Below are positions 22,104 through 33,199 of a DNA stretch of 64,000 nt, piece after piece (the first letter of the stretch is position 1; each line of letters starts with the position of its first letter). The notes beneath the pieces are model-generated. The model made no database searches. It saw only the letters and a program-made list of their open reading frames with translations, and was not told the origin of the DNA. The translations under genes were made by a program, and so were the position numbers. This DNA comes from Obrimoposthia wandeli (lineage: Eukaryota), in NCBI GenBank assembly GCA_977020255.1, contig CDROCS010006451.1, positions 1 to 64,000 of the forward strand, written 5' to 3'.

Positions 22104-23048
22104 TCAAACTTCAACCAATCTAAGCTCTTTCGGCAAAGAAAACACAACATTCTCTTCCTGCCCTAGCAGCTCTTCAGGCATTTCTCCGCCCCATTCCTTT
22201 AGACGATCAACCACAGACTGCACCAATACTTCTGGAGCCGAAGCACCGGCAGTAATACCAATGCTTTCGACACCGTCTAGCCACTCTTTCTGAATCTCTT
22301 CTGCATTATCAATTAAGTAAGCCTTAGCGCCCATACGCTCACCCAGTTCGCGTAAGCGATTAGAATTGGAGCTATTAGGCGAGCCAACTACCAACAATAG
22401 CTCAGTGCCTTTTGCGAGTACTTTCACCGCGTCTTGACGGTTCTGCGTCGCGTAACAGATATCGTCTTTACGAGGCCCTTCGATTTTTTCAAACTTGGCG
22501 CGCAAAGCTTCAATAACCTTGGCGGTATCATCCATGGAAAGCGTGGTTTGCGTCACGTAATAAAGTGCAGCAGGATTTTTAACTTCTAACGCAGCAACAT
22601 CCTTTTCATCTTCAACCAGATAAATATCACCACCGTTAGAATGGTCATACTGGCCCATAGTGCCTTCAACTTCTGGATGGCCTTTGTGCCCAATTAAAAT
22701 ACACTCACTACCATCAGCACTATAACGGCTAACTTCTAGATGTACTTTAGTTACTAGGGGGCATGTTGCATCGAAGACTTTTAAGCCACGATTAGTCGCT
22801 TCTTGGCGCACGGTTTGTGAAACACCATGGGCAGAAAAGATAACAATACTGTCGTCAGGTACTTCATGCAGCTCATCAATGAATAAGGCGCCACGTTCAC
22901 GTAAACCATTCACGACAAACTTATTATGAACAACTTCATGGCGTACATAAATCGGCGGTTCAAATAAATCTAGCGCACGATTTACAATATCAATTGCGCG
23001 GTCTACACCGGCACAGAAACCACGAGGGTTCGCCATTTTGATTTTCAT
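22104..23048 (-). CDS. ispH: 4-hydroxy-3-methylbut-2-enyl diphosphate reductase
   Basis: [42 protein letters not shown]. Confidence 0.98.
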   Translation of the reverse strand: MKIKMANPRGFCAGVDRAIDIVNRALDLFEPPIYVRHEVVHNKFVVNGLRERGALFIDELHEVPDDSIVIFSAHGVSQTVRQEATNRGLKVFDATCPLVTKVHLEVSRYSADGSECILIGHKGHPEVEGTMGQYDHSNGGDIYLVEDEKDVAALEVKNPAALYYVTQTTLSMDDTAKVIEALRAKFEKIEGPRKDDICYATQNRQDAVKVLAKGTELLLVVGSPNSSNSNRLRELGERMGAKAYLIDNAEEIQKEWLDGVESIGITAGASAPEVLVQSVVDRLKEWGGEMPEELLGQEENVVFSLPKELRLVEV

Positions 23049-23050
23049 AT

Positions 23051-23523
23051 TTAAGCTTCCACAGTCAGAATCTGAACTTCAAATTCTAAATCTTTACCCG
23101 CTAGCGGGTGATTAAAATCAACCATCACATAATCGCGTTCGATCGATTTAATCACACCCGGTAATTCAGCTTTAGCGGCATCGGCAAATGAAACCACCAA
23201 ACCAGGAGAAAGAGGCATATCCACAGCAAAGCTAGAACGCTTCATTTCTTGAATATTCTGCGGGTTCGTTTGCCCGAATGCTTTTTCGGCAGGAACCTGG
23301 GCGTTTCTATGATCGTTTGTGTTAGGCTGATTAAAAATTCTTTTCGAAACCCTTGCAATAAATTACCATCGCTCACGACCGCCAGCTGGCTTTGTATTAA
23401 AGGCTTTCAGAACCCAATCTCGTCTTTTTTACGTGTCCCATCCGTTGCAATACCGTCCATGCGTAATGCAAAGTGCATAGAAATTTTAGAATCAGCAGCA
23501 ATCGTTTGAATAGAATTAGACAT
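23051..23523 (-). CDS. fkpB: FKBP-type peptidyl-prolyl isomerase FkpB/SlpA; 5' half frameshifted
   Basis: Start [20 protein letters not shown]; C-terminal [20 protein letters not shown]; conserved position between lspA and ispH. Confidence 0.9.
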
Positions 23524-24074
23524 TATTCTTTACCTTTTTCTTTAGAGGACAACTCAGCTTCTGCGTTCGCAGCCGCCTTCTCACGACGCGCTTCAAAAAA
23601 CACGTCTAGACCCAACATAACGGCACCAATGCTAATGGCGCTATCGGCAATATTAAAAGCAGGAAAATAAGATCCCGCCCAATGCACAGATATAAAATCG
23701 ATGACATGTCCATAGACCAAGCGATCAACCAAATTGCCTAGCGCGCCACCTAAAACCAAGGCAAGCGCCACAGCTAACCATTTATTTTCACGGGGTAATT
23801 TAGACAACCAACCTATCAACATGATGCTTACACCGACAGCAATCGCAGTAAAGAACCAACGCTGCCAACCGTCTTCACCCGCCAAAAAGCTGAATGCAGC
23901 GCCAGGGTTATACAGCAGTGTTAAATCAAATACTGGCAAGATCGGCACAGGCTGACCATAGCTTAAAAAGTTTTCTGCTAACTGTTTGGTAATGAGGTCA
24001 AATGCAATCACGAAGACCGACAACCACAACCAAATAAGAGCAGAGGGCTCACCGGCCTTACGTTCTTGATTCAT
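23523..24074 (-). CDS. lspA: Lipoprotein signal peptidase II
   Basis: NPGAAFSFL, GGALGNLVDR, VIDFI, FNIADSAI. Confidence 0.97.
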   Translation of the reverse strand: MNQERKAGEPSALIWLWLSVFVIAFDLITKQLAENFLSYGQPVPILPVFDLTLLYNPGAAFSFLAGEDGWQRWFFTAIAVGVSIMLIGWLSKLPRENKWLAVALALVLGGALGNLVDRLVYGHVIDFISVHWAGSYFPAFNIADSAISIGAVMLGLDVFFEARREKAAANAEAELSSKEKGKE

Positions 24075-24106
24075 TTTATATTCTCTATTTTTTCAATATA
24101 TCTAGC

Positions 24107-27083
24107 TTATGCGAAATGTGACGTGCCTCGCCGGTCATCTCGCAATACCTGTTACAAGCCACCCGACTACAGGGTAGCGTGCCTGTGCAAAACCCACCGT
24201 CACGTTGTGGTGCCAGCAACGCTCGCACTTGTCAGCTGTTGAAGCCGTTAACGATAAACGTAAACCTGCAACATCCGTTTTCTGAGTTGCTTCTTCATCA
24301 GCAGACTCTAAAGTCTCAACATCGGCTTTCGAAGTAATCGTCACAAAACGCAGTTCTTCGCCTAATTTTTCTAACTGAGCTTTTAATGCTTCATCAGCGT
24401 ATAAAGTCACGTCTGCCGCTAAACTAGAACCTACTGTTTTTTCTGAACGAGCTTCTTCTAGCACTTTATTCACAGCGGTTTTAACGGCCATGATTTCACG
24501 CCAGTAAGCATCGTCTAAAGTAAGATTGTTAACTTCAGGCAATTCATACCACTGCGCTAACAACACTGACTTTTCACGCTCAATATCATTACCCTGTGCA
24601 TCAACAGCAACAGGCAATACAGCCCAAATTTCTTCGGCGGTGAAACTCAGTACCGGAGCAACCCAACGAACCATTGCTTCCGCAATATGATACAAAGCAG
24701 TCTGGGCGCTTCGACGAGCAAGGCCATCAGCCTTACAGGTGTACTGCCGATCTTTGATGATATCTAGATAGAAAGCACCCAATTCGCCAACGCTGAAGTT
24801 CATCAATAACTTAGTTAAGCCACTGAAGTTATAATCGGTATAAAGTTCTTTAACTTGCTTATCAATGTTCACCGCGCGATCTAAGATCCACGCATCCAAT
24901 GGCAACATATCTTCAACCGCGACCAAATCCGTTTTAGGATTAAAGCCAGCGATGTTAGCCAATAAGAAACGACAAGTATTACGAATACGACGATAAGAAT
25001 CGGCGTTACGCTTTAAGATTTCATCGGAAACTGTCATCTCAGTGCTGTAGTCAGTATCGGCTACCCACCAGCGTAAAATATCAGCGCCTAGTTTATCCAT
25101 CACATCGATTGGCGATACGGTATTACCGATCGACTTCGACATCTTGCGACCTTTCGCATCCACTGTGAAACCGTGAGTCAAAGCCGTTTTATAAGGTGCT
25201 TTGCCTTTGGCAGCAACGGAAGTCAATAATGACGACTGGAACCAACCACGGTGTTGATCTGAGCCTTCAAGATACAAATCAGCAGGCGATTGCAAACCAT
25301 CACGCTCATCTAGAACGGCCGCGTGCGTTACACCCGAGTCGAACCATACGTCTAAGGTATCAGTCACTTTTACATAATTCTCAGCATCTGCGGCGCTAAG
25401 AAGATCTTGTACTTCTAATTCAAACCACGCATCAATACCTTTCTCTTCAACTTTCAACGCCACCTTTTCGATCAAGGCTTTACTGTCAGGGTGAAGTGCA
25501 GACGTTTCTTTATGAACGAATAAAGCAATCGGTACGCCCCAAGTACGCTGACGAGAAATACACCAATCAGGACGACCCGTCATCATGCCTTCAATACGCG
25601 CTTTGCCCCACGTTGGACGCCATTCGATATCGTTCTCAACAGCATCCATCGCTTGTGACAATAAAGACGTTTCCGCTTTTTCAGCTTCCATCGCGATAAA
25701 CCACTGTGGCGTCGCGCGGAAAATAATTGGCGTTTTATGGCGCCAGCAATGTGGATAGCTGTGCTCAATTTTTAATTTCTTAATTAACGAATCAACCGCA
25801 CCGATTGAAGGATCACCCAAGATGCCCAATACGCGGAACACACCTTTATCAGCAACCGACAAACCGGTAAGTTCTAAGCTTTCTAATGCGGGAGTGCTGA
25901 TAAAGTTGCCTTCAGCACTGACCAACATCGATTCGGACGTAATTCCATATTGATTACACACAACATAATCGTCTGCACCGTGCATTGGCGCGGTATGTAC
26001 AGAACCGGTGCCTGCATCAGCCGTTACGTGATGACCAGTGATGACTGGAACTGTTTTAGCAGCATCACCTATTGTCATAAACGGATGCGTCACAGCGAAA
26101 GGTGCTGAGTCTTGCTCAGGTAACTGACCAAAAGCAGAACCTGCAGCATTGGCAATCACATTAAAGTCTGTGATGCCATAACGGCCCATTGCATCTTCGA
26201 CTAATGCCGTTGCTAAAACTAAGATTTCGCTTTGATCACTTTCAGTATTAATGTGAACCAAGGAATATTCTAATTCAGGATGAACCGATACCGCTTCGTT
26301 AGCAGGTAAGGTCCAAGGCGTTGTTGTCCAGATAACCATGTTTGCAGTCTTGCTAGCAAAAGATGCATCTGCACCAAAGGCAGCCAACAAAGCAGCCGTA
26401 TCGGTGAAAGCAAATTTAACATCGATAGAGATCGACTTTTTATCTTGGTATTCAACTTCCGCTTCTGCCAATGCAGAACCACAATCCATGCACCAGTTAA
26501 CCGGTTTAAAGCCTTTTTCTAGGTGGCCGTTATCGGCGATCTTACCTAGGGTACGAATGATGTTGGCTTCAAATTTGAAATCCATAGTTAGGTAAGGGTT
26601 TTCCCAATCACCTAAAACCATCAAACGTTTAAAACCTTCACGCTGGCCATTCACTTGCTTGGCTGCGTATTCGCGACAATGCTGGCGGAACTCGGCAGGG
26701 GTTACTTTATCTCCAGCTTTACCCACCAGCTCTTCAACTTTCAATTCAATCGGTAAACCGTGGCAATCCCAACCAGGAACGTACGGCGCATCAAAGCCAG
26801 ACATCGTCTTAGACTTGATAATGATGTCTTTTAATACCTTGTTCACCGCGTGGCCGATGTGAATATCACCGTTCGCGTACGGAGGGCCATCGTGCAAAAT
26901 AAACTGTTCACAACCAGAGCGGGCAGCTCGAATTTGTTGGTACAAACCCATTTCTTGCCATTGGGCTAATAATTCAGGCTCACGCTTCGCCAGATTCCCA
27001 CGCATTGGGAAATCGGTTTCTGGTAAGTTCAACGTCGCCTTATATTGGCTCTCAACTTTTCCCGCTTGGTCTTTATTGCTCAT
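24107..27083 (-). CDS. ileS: Isoleucyl-tRNA synthetase; frameshift in the last about 25 codons
   Basis: [36 protein letters not shown]; true end GEARHFA* at 24107 in another frame. Confidence 0.98.
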
Positions 27084-27182
27084 TTTTATTCCAACTATAA
27101 TCTGCTGTTAAGCACTTATGTTTTTAAAATTTAAATCTGTGTGTTCGTTACTCGATCGTTGCACTGTCGATCGCTTCAGTTA

Positions 27183-28199
27183 TTAGCTGAGGGAAAAGTA
27201 TTCCCGCGCAACCTGCATATCATTGCCGATGGCTGCTTTCAGCTCATCCAAGCCATTAAACTTTTTCTCTTCGCGTATCTTCTGGCAAAACTCAATACTT
27301 AAGCGCTTGCCATAAAGGTCGCCTTTTTCCGCAGAACTAGGGAAGTCAAAAATGTGCACTTCCAACGAAGGTTCAGGTATTCCGGCAACCGTAGGTTTTA
27401 CCCCGATGTTTGCAACACCCTGCCATTCTTTCTCTTTAACGCTTCCTTCGTGACCAAGTGCTTGGCTTTCATTGCACTGGTCTACTGTAATTTCGATCGC
27501 TTTCACCGCATAAACACCCGTCATCGGTAGTTTATTACGCTGTAAAATAACATTCGCGGTGGGTACGCCAATCGTGCGCCCCAACTGGCGGCCATAACCA
27601 ATACGGCCACTCATGCGATAAGGACGACCCAGCAACTTACTTGCGCCAGCTAAATCGTTGGCACTTAAATACTCTCGAATACGGGTACTACTTACGCGTT
27701 CTCCAACTAACTCGAAGGTTTGGGTATCTTCAACGCTGAAGCCCCCCTTTCCATTAATTTGAGCTTGGTCACCCGCTTGCTGTAATAACTGGTAATCACC
27801 GGTCCGATCACAGCCAAAACGAAAATCATCACCGACGATCAAATGGCTAATTTTTAGGCCATCCAACAAGATGCTCTGAATGAATTGATCGGCACTCATC
27901 GAGCGTAATTTTTGGTTAAATGGCAGACACAATACATAGTCAATGCCAAAACGAGCGAGGTCTTGTAACTTCTCGCTCATATTTGCTAGGCGTGCAGGGG
28001 CTTGATCCGGTGCAAAAAACTCACGCGGTTGAGGTTCAAACATCATAACCACCGTTGGTAGCTGATGCTCCTCACCCTGTTTTTTCAGTTGCTGCAGAAT
28101 CGCCTGATGCCCTAAATGAACACCGTCGAAGTTGCCAATAGTCGCAACGCAGCCCGAAAAGTCGGATGGAATGTTGTATAACCCACGAATAAGGCGCAT
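27183..28199 (-). CDS. ribF: Riboflavin kinase / FAD synthetase
   Basis: TIGNFDGVHLGH, VGDDFRFG, VSSTRIR, GRTIGVPTAN, ANIGVKPT, EVHIFDF. Confidence 0.97.
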   Translation of the reverse strand: MRLIRGLYNIPSDFSGCVATIGNFDGVHLGHQAILQQLKKQGEEHQLPTVVMMFEPQPREFFAPDQAPARLANMSEKLQDLARFGIDYVLCLPFNQKLRSMSADQFIQSILLDGLKISHLIVGDDFRFGCDRTGDYQLLQQAGDQAQINGKGGFSVEDTQTFELVGERVSSTRIREYLSANDLAGASKLLGRPYRMSGRIGYGRQLGRTIGVPTANVILQRNKLPMTGVYAVKAIEITVDQCNESQALGHEGSVKEKEWQGVANIGVKPTVAGIPEPSLEVHIFDFPSSAEKGDLYGKRLSIEFCQKIREEKKFNGLDELKAAIGNDMQVAREYFSLS

Positions 28200-28291
28200 A
28201 CCGCCGATAAACCTCGCCTAAAATAACTGCGGGATTATAGCGACTTGACCAGCAAGTGAACAGGTATTTTGACCGCTATGGGAATAGATGA

Positions 28292-29905
28292 CTAAAAGCG
28301 AGCGCCTTTCAAATGCCTAGGTCTCAAACCAAATATCACCAAGGTCATTAAGTAAGTACCCACTCCCGCGCTAACTATCGCTGACATCCAGCCAATGCGT
28401 GTCCAAGTGCCCCACTCCAGCCATTGCTGCGCATCACCCATCATGAAGTAGATCACAGCGAACAAAGCGATATTAGCGATTAGTACCTTAAAGGCAAAAG
28501 CGAGCCAACCCGGTTGAGCTTTATAGTGCCCCGTCGCTTTTAAACCGCGATAAAGCATATAAGCATTGAAGAACGCCGATAACGACGTCGCTAGTGCTAA
28601 GCCTGCATGTTGAAAAGGGCCGACTAATGCGAGGTTCAAAACCATGTTCACAACCATGGCCTGAATACCAATTTTTACAGGGGTCTTCGTATCTTGGCGG
28701 GCGTAATAACCCGGTGCCAAGACTTTAATTAGCATAAAGGCAAACAAGCCCGTGCCGTAAGCCTGTAGGCTTAATGTCATCTTGCCAATATCGTACGCCG
28801 TGATTTCACCATGGAAAAAGATCGTCGCCATTAAAGGCGTCGCTAATACGACCAAGGCCAAGGCCGCAGGCAAGGCTAACAAGAAAATCATCCGTGTCGC
28901 CCAATCAAGGGTTTGCGCAAAGTGCTCTGAATTATCTTCCGCATGCTTCTTCGACAATGCCGGTAAAATTACCACGCCAATAGCGATGGCAAAGATTCCT
29001 AGTGGCAAGTTATTCAAGCGATCGGAATAATATAACCAACTGACACTTCCAGGCTCAAGGAAGGACGCTAGCAAGGTATCGAGTAATAGATTGATCTGGC
29101 TAACAGACACCCCAAACAAAGCAGGCCCCATTAAGCGCAGTATTCTGCCAACGCCTTCTTGCTTAGGTTGATATGTCGGCGGTACTAACAAACCAAGACG
29201 AGCAATAAACGGCAACTGAAACAAAAACTGCAATGCCCCCGCCATAAAGACACCCCAGGCTAAGGCGTATAACGGTTCGATAAACCAGCTCGTCATCACT
29301 AAGGTCGAGAAAATCAAACATATATTGAGCAATACGGGGGTAAATGCTGGCACCGCAAAGCGGCCATAAGCATTTAAGATGCTACCCGCAAACGCGGTGA
29401 GGGAGATAAACAGTAAATAAGGAAAGGTTATACGAATCAAGTTACCGGTTAGGGCAAACTTTTCTGCATCATCACTGAAACCTGGGGCAAATACATAGGG
29501 CAGCCAAGGGGCTAATAGCATTGCAACGACGGTGACTAAAAACAGTATCAAACCCAAGACGCCAGAGACACTGGCGATCAGCATCTTAACTTCAGCGACA
29601 CTGCGCTGTGTCTTGTATTCGGAAAGCACCGGCACGAAGGCGACTGAAAATGCGCCTTCGGCAAACAAGCGGCGTAAAAAATTAGGTATTTTAAACGCTA
29701 CTAGGAAGGCATCCGCGCGAGCACCAAAATACTGAGCCACCACGACATCACGTACTAAGCCTAATACTCGACTCAGTAAGGTCATAATACTGACAATGCT
29801 AGAAGACTTAATTAATGAGCCTTCTTTACTCTGGGGAGATTTTCCTTGCGAAGGCTCGTTTGAACGATCGCTTAGATTACCGCTTGGTTTGTCAGTTTGA
29901 GACAT
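28292..29905 (-). CDS. murJ: Lipid II flippase MurJ
   Basis: SRVLGLVRD, FKIPNFLRRLFAEGAFS, multiple TM helices, YYARQDTKTPV. Confidence 0.97.
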   Translation of the reverse strand: MSQTDKPSGNLSDRSNEPSQGKSPQSKEGSLIKSSSIVSIMTLLSRVLGLVRDVVVAQYFGARADAFLVAFKIPNFLRRLFAEGAFSVAFVPVLSEYKTQRSVAEVKMLIASVSGVLGLILFLVTVVAMLLAPWLPYVFAPGFSDDAEKFALTGNLIRITFPYLLFISLTAFAGSILNAYGRFAVPAFTPVLLNICLIFSTLVMTSWFIEPLYALAWGVFMAGALQFLFQLPFIARLGLLVPPTYQPKQEGVGRILRLMGPALFGVSVSQINLLLDTLLASFLEPGSVSWLYYSDRLNNLPLGIFAIAIGVVILPALSKKHAEDNSEHFAQTLDWATRMIFLLALPAALALVVLATPLMATIFFHGEITAYDIGKMTLSLQAYGTGLFAFMLIKVLAPGYYARQDTKTPVKIGIQAMVVNMVLNLALVGPFQHAGLALATSLSAFFNAYMLYRGLKATGHYKAQPGWLAFAFKVLIANIALFAVIYFMMGDAQQWLEWGTWTRIGWMSAIVSAGVGTYLMTLVIFGLRPRHLKGARF

Positions 29906-29942
29906 GTCGCTTCCGTGCTATTCAATACTTAAGAGAAGCGAT

Positions 29943-30185
29943 TTATTCTTCTGAGGCGCGTTTCACACGAATCACTTGGCCAGAAATTTCATTGGCATTA
30001 AGTGATTTCATGGCGGCTTTGCCGTTACCTGGTGCTGGCATTACTACAAAACCGAAACCTTTGGATTCTCCGGTTTTAGCATCCATTACCAAAGAACACT
30101 CAGCAACTTCACCAAAAGGGGCAAATAAAGCAGCTAGCTCTTCTTCTGTGATAGTACGAGCAAGATTACGGATTAATAGTTTCAT
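29943..30185 (-). CDS. Small RNA-recognition-motif (RRM) RNA-binding protein
   Basis: RNP2-like LLIRNL, RNP1 KGFGFVVM, single 80-aa RRM domain. Confidence 0.9.
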   Translation of the reverse strand: MKLLIRNLARTITEEELAALFAPFGEVAECSLVMDAKTGESKGFGFVVMPAPGNGKAAMKSLNANEISGQVIRVKRASEE

Positions 30186-30385
30186 GGGATGGCCTGATAA
30201 AGATGTTTAAAAAAAAGGTAAATAATTGGTTGCATATCTTACCAGAAAATACGTCAACTGCTTAGCCAATATCGACTAGGCATGCTGTTTAAAAAACGAA
30301 CAATCTAACAACAAGAGCGAAATACCTGCATAGGAATAGGATAACAATAGCCCTTAAAAAGTTATTCCCTTAGTTATGCTTGTAG

Positions 30386-30408
30386 TTATCCACACTATCT
30401 GTGGATAT
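30386..30408. promoter_or_regulatory. DnaA-box pair, opposite orientation, 5-bp spacer
   Basis: TTATCCACA (30386-30394, perfect) - CTATC - TGTGGATAT (30400-30408, one mismatch). Confidence 0.75.
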
Positions 30409-30644
30409 AAATATGATAACTTCCAATATTGTTTCTAAATAACCTTAAATATTTTTAATAACAAGTCTTGTATTGCATTAATATCAAAATAATTCGATCT
30501 ATTTATACACCCTCATTTTTCTTTTAAAAAAGCCCGCAACCCATTGACTTTGCTAGGTTTAAGCAAATTCAAACAATTGTTCGAAAAAGCAACAATCTAA
30601 CTAAGTAGCCCGTATTACTAGGGCTGCAGCATGTTATAAAAACT

Positions 30645-30679
30645 TTATACCCATACTTATACACAGATCGTGTTGGTAA
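30645..30679. promoter_or_regulatory. DnaA-box triplet
   Basis: TTATACCCA (30645-30653), TTATACACA (30657-30665, perfect TTATNCACA), GATCG spacer, reversed TGTTGGTAA (30671-30679, two mismatches). Confidence 0.65.
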
Positions 30680-31091
30680 CTTATTAATGGCCATTAAAAT
30701 GGCAACATTTCTCTCGCTTCAGACAATAAGTACCCTGCCTCAACTAGGTATGATCAAGAAAAGAAGCCATAAATAGCAAAAGAACCGTCGCCCTCTTTTG
30801 GGTAAGTAATTATGTATAACGAGCCTGTCTCAAACAGGATCCAGTCTAATGGAAATTATCTTTCAGTTGGTTGATAGCTCGCTAGAGCATGTTTTCGCAG
30901 GTAGTCAGAAGGGAAATATAGGCGTTAGTATAATACTAACGTAATGAAGGTCTAATCATTAGCTACTAAGAGGATAACTGTGGGATTTCTGTTGAAGATG
31001 TTTTATTTAATAATTAATCTGTTTTGATAGTAAACAATAAATTCACTCTCATAACAGATTAATTAGTTTTAATGCAATCGTAGAGAAAATG

Positions 31092-31808
31092 CTAAAGCAA
31101 TACCTTCATAGCATCGATCATCGATGGATTCTTTTCTGCTAGGGCATCAATCGCAGGCTTATGTAAGCGACGCTTGTGTTCAGCAAAAATAGCACGTCCT
31201 TTAGTGAAAGTTTTAGCATACGCTAAAGCGCCCTCAAACAAAGCCTCAGCACCATCAAATGCTTGATCAATCACCTTATCTTCTTTTAGCTCTTCTGCTG
31301 ATAGGCGACGTCCTGAAAGTATCATTTCATTAAAACGATAGATCGGCATCGCTTTTAAAATCACATCAATCAAGCCTGGAAGAAAGGGAACACTCATATC
31401 AACTTCAGGGAAGCAGAAAAAGCCACGATCAGAACGCATAAAGCGGAAATCACAAGCGCAGGCGATAACACAACCATTGCCAAAAGTATGACCACTAATC
31501 GCAGCGATAATAGGCATTGGATATTGCATCATCGCGGTGTAACACGCATCCATTGTGTGCAAAAATTCTTTCACATCATCATGCTTACCACTTTGAATAC
31601 TGCCCATCATCCAAGGGACATCAATGCCCTGGCTCCAGTTCTTTTCATCGCTCGAGGTAAGGATGAGTGCTTTATTTGACTTGTCTTCTTCTACTTGTTT
31701 TAACAAGCTTAAAAGCTGTTGGGCAAACTCTAGGTTATTGGCGTTCTTGCCATTATCCATGGAAATAATCGCAACCTTGCCTTCATTGCGCAAACTTATT
31801 AAAGACAT
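31092..31808 (-). CDS. Enoyl-CoA hydratase/isomerase (crotonase) family protein
   Basis: SQGID oxyanion motif, IAAISGHTFGNG, CDFRFM, FPEVD. Confidence 0.9.
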   Translation of the reverse strand: MSLISLRNEGKVAIISMDNGKNANNLEFAQQLLSLLKQVEEDKSNKALILTSSDEKNWSQGIDVPWMMGSIQSGKHDDVKEFLHTMDACYTAMMQYPMPIIAAISGHTFGNGCVIACACDFRFMRSDRGFFCFPEVDMSVPFLPGLIDVILKAMPIYRFNEMILSGRRLSAEELKEDKVIDQAFDGAEALFEGALAYAKTFTKGRAIFAEHKRRLHKPAIDALAEKNPSMIDAMKVLL

Positions 31809-31848
31809 ATTTAGTTACTCTTTAAGTCAATACTTTAAAAGAAAAAGA

Positions 31849-31850
<2 letters not shown>

Positions 31851-31880
<30 letters not shown>

Positions 31881-32004
31881 AGAGCGGAGGAAAGATAAGA
31901 AGAAATGATAAAATATCAATAGAAGCATTACCTTCACTCTAAATCTTCATGCCCTTCTTCGCTTTTCTCTGTGTAGCGAAGCGTCTCTGTGCCTCTGTGG
32001 TGAA
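31851..32004. repeat. CACAGAG repeat family R2, convergent inverted pair
   Basis: TTCACCACAGAGGCACAGAGTACACAGAGAA (31851-31881) and its reverse complement with a GCGAAGC insert (31965-32004). Confidence 0.85.
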
Positions 32005-32019
32005 TTTTCTTTTCACTTT

Positions 32020-32904
32020 TTATTCGTCAGCCAAACCCGCAAGTGGAGCCACTGTCCCACGCACATAAGCATCCGCATCCTGCACAAACAAATCAGGCAT
32101 TAAGTCTTTCTTATCACTTTCAGGATTCGCACGATATTGTTCAAAGTTTTCAACACCCTGAGTACGTAAGAAATCTTCATCAATCAATAACTGACCGGTG
32201 ACTTCACGGTTCTCAGTTTTCAAAAGTGCAAACGCAGCATCTGCCATAATCTTAGGAGCACGAGCACGATCAAATGATTGCTTACCGCCAAAAGACGTTG
32301 CTGCCGTATGAATAACAGTTCGAGGCCATAGCGCATTTACCGCGATACCATAACGCTTAAATTCATCCGACATTCCCATCGTCAACATAGACATGCCATA
32401 TTTAGTTAATGTGTATGGAGAATGATTACGCATCCAGCGACGATCTAAATCTAACGGCGGCGAGAAACTTAGGATGTGGCCATGATCAGATTTTTTCAGA
32501 TGCGGTAACGCTTTCTGGCTTAATAAGAAAACAGCACGGAAGTTAACCTGCATCATCAAATCGAGTTTCTTCAACGGCGTTGATTCAACACCGGCTAACG
32601 CAATAGCTCCGGCGTTATTAATAATGGCATCGATACCACCAAACTTCTCTACCGTTTGAGCAATTAGATTATCAATGTCTTCTTCACTACGCACATCAAC
32701 TTTAACAGCTAGACCTTGGCCGCCCGCTTCTTCAACTTCTTTCACTACCGAGTGAATCGTACCTTCCAATTTTGGATGAGGCTGATCCGACTTAGCCGCG
32801 ATCACAATATTGGCACCTTCAGCGGCACACGCTAAAGCAACTTCACGACCGATACCACGGCTAGCGCCCGTGATGATAATTGTTTTGTTTTTCAATGAAC
32901 TCAT
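32020..32904 (-). CDS. atuG: Short-chain dehydrogenase, AtuG-like
   Basis: TGASRGIG, NNAG, YTLTKYGMS, NALWPRT; follows atuF. Confidence 0.8.
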   Translation of the reverse strand: MSSLKNKTIIITGASRGIGREVALACAAEGANIVIAAKSDQPHPKLEGTIHSVVKEVEEAGGQGLAVKVDVRSEEDIDNLIAQTVEKFGGIDAIINNAGAIALAGVESTPLKKLDLMMQVNFRAVFLLSQKALPHLKKSDHGHILSFSPPLDLDRRWMRNHSPYTLTKYGMSMLTMGMSDEFKRYGIAVNALWPRTVIHTAATSFGGKQSFDRARAPKIMADAAFALLKTENREVTGQLLIDEDFLRTQGVENFEQYRANPESDKKDLMPDLFVQDADAYVRGTVAPLAGLADE

Positions 32905-32983
32905 AATAAATTCCTTAACTTATAATTATACTAAATTCCGCATGCTTTCATTCACGCCGAGACGCTAAATTTTAGCAAGCCCT

Positions 32984-33081
32984 GCATTAGGTAATTCATT
33001 CTTTGCCACGCCGTAAACTCATCCCTGAGGGCTCTCTACAGCTCCCTGCTGTAGAAGGGCTTTGAACGAATTACCTAATAC
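32984..33081. repeat. Repeat family R1, copy B
   Basis: Arms GCATTAGGTAATTC / GAATTACCTAATAC; core CGCCGTAAACTCATCCCTGAGGGCTC-TCTACAGCTCCCTGCTGTAGA. Confidence 0.85.
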
Positions 33082-33199
33082 AAGGCCACAATTTTCTTTT
33101 CAGATTCTAGACCGAGAATAAAATAAATTTGACGGCTAACACTGTTCCATACATCTAGAGCTTCTAACATTCATGATATTTAATTTTGGAACACTGCTA

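Noticed and set aside
30186-31091. Chromosomal origin (oriC)
   Set aside because: Few boxes, no dnaA/dnaN/gidA/parAB context and no clear DUE repeats; the geometry fits a DARS-like or regulatory site better. GC skew was not computed.
31624-31908. 94-aa ORF ending in basic residues
   Set aside because: Antisense to the crotonase gene and runs into the CACAGAG repeat.
31851-32004. CRISPR array or integron attC sites from the short repeats
   Set aside because: Repeats occur as inverted pairs, not direct repeats with unique regular spacers. No cas or intI gene and no GTTRRRY cassette pattern.
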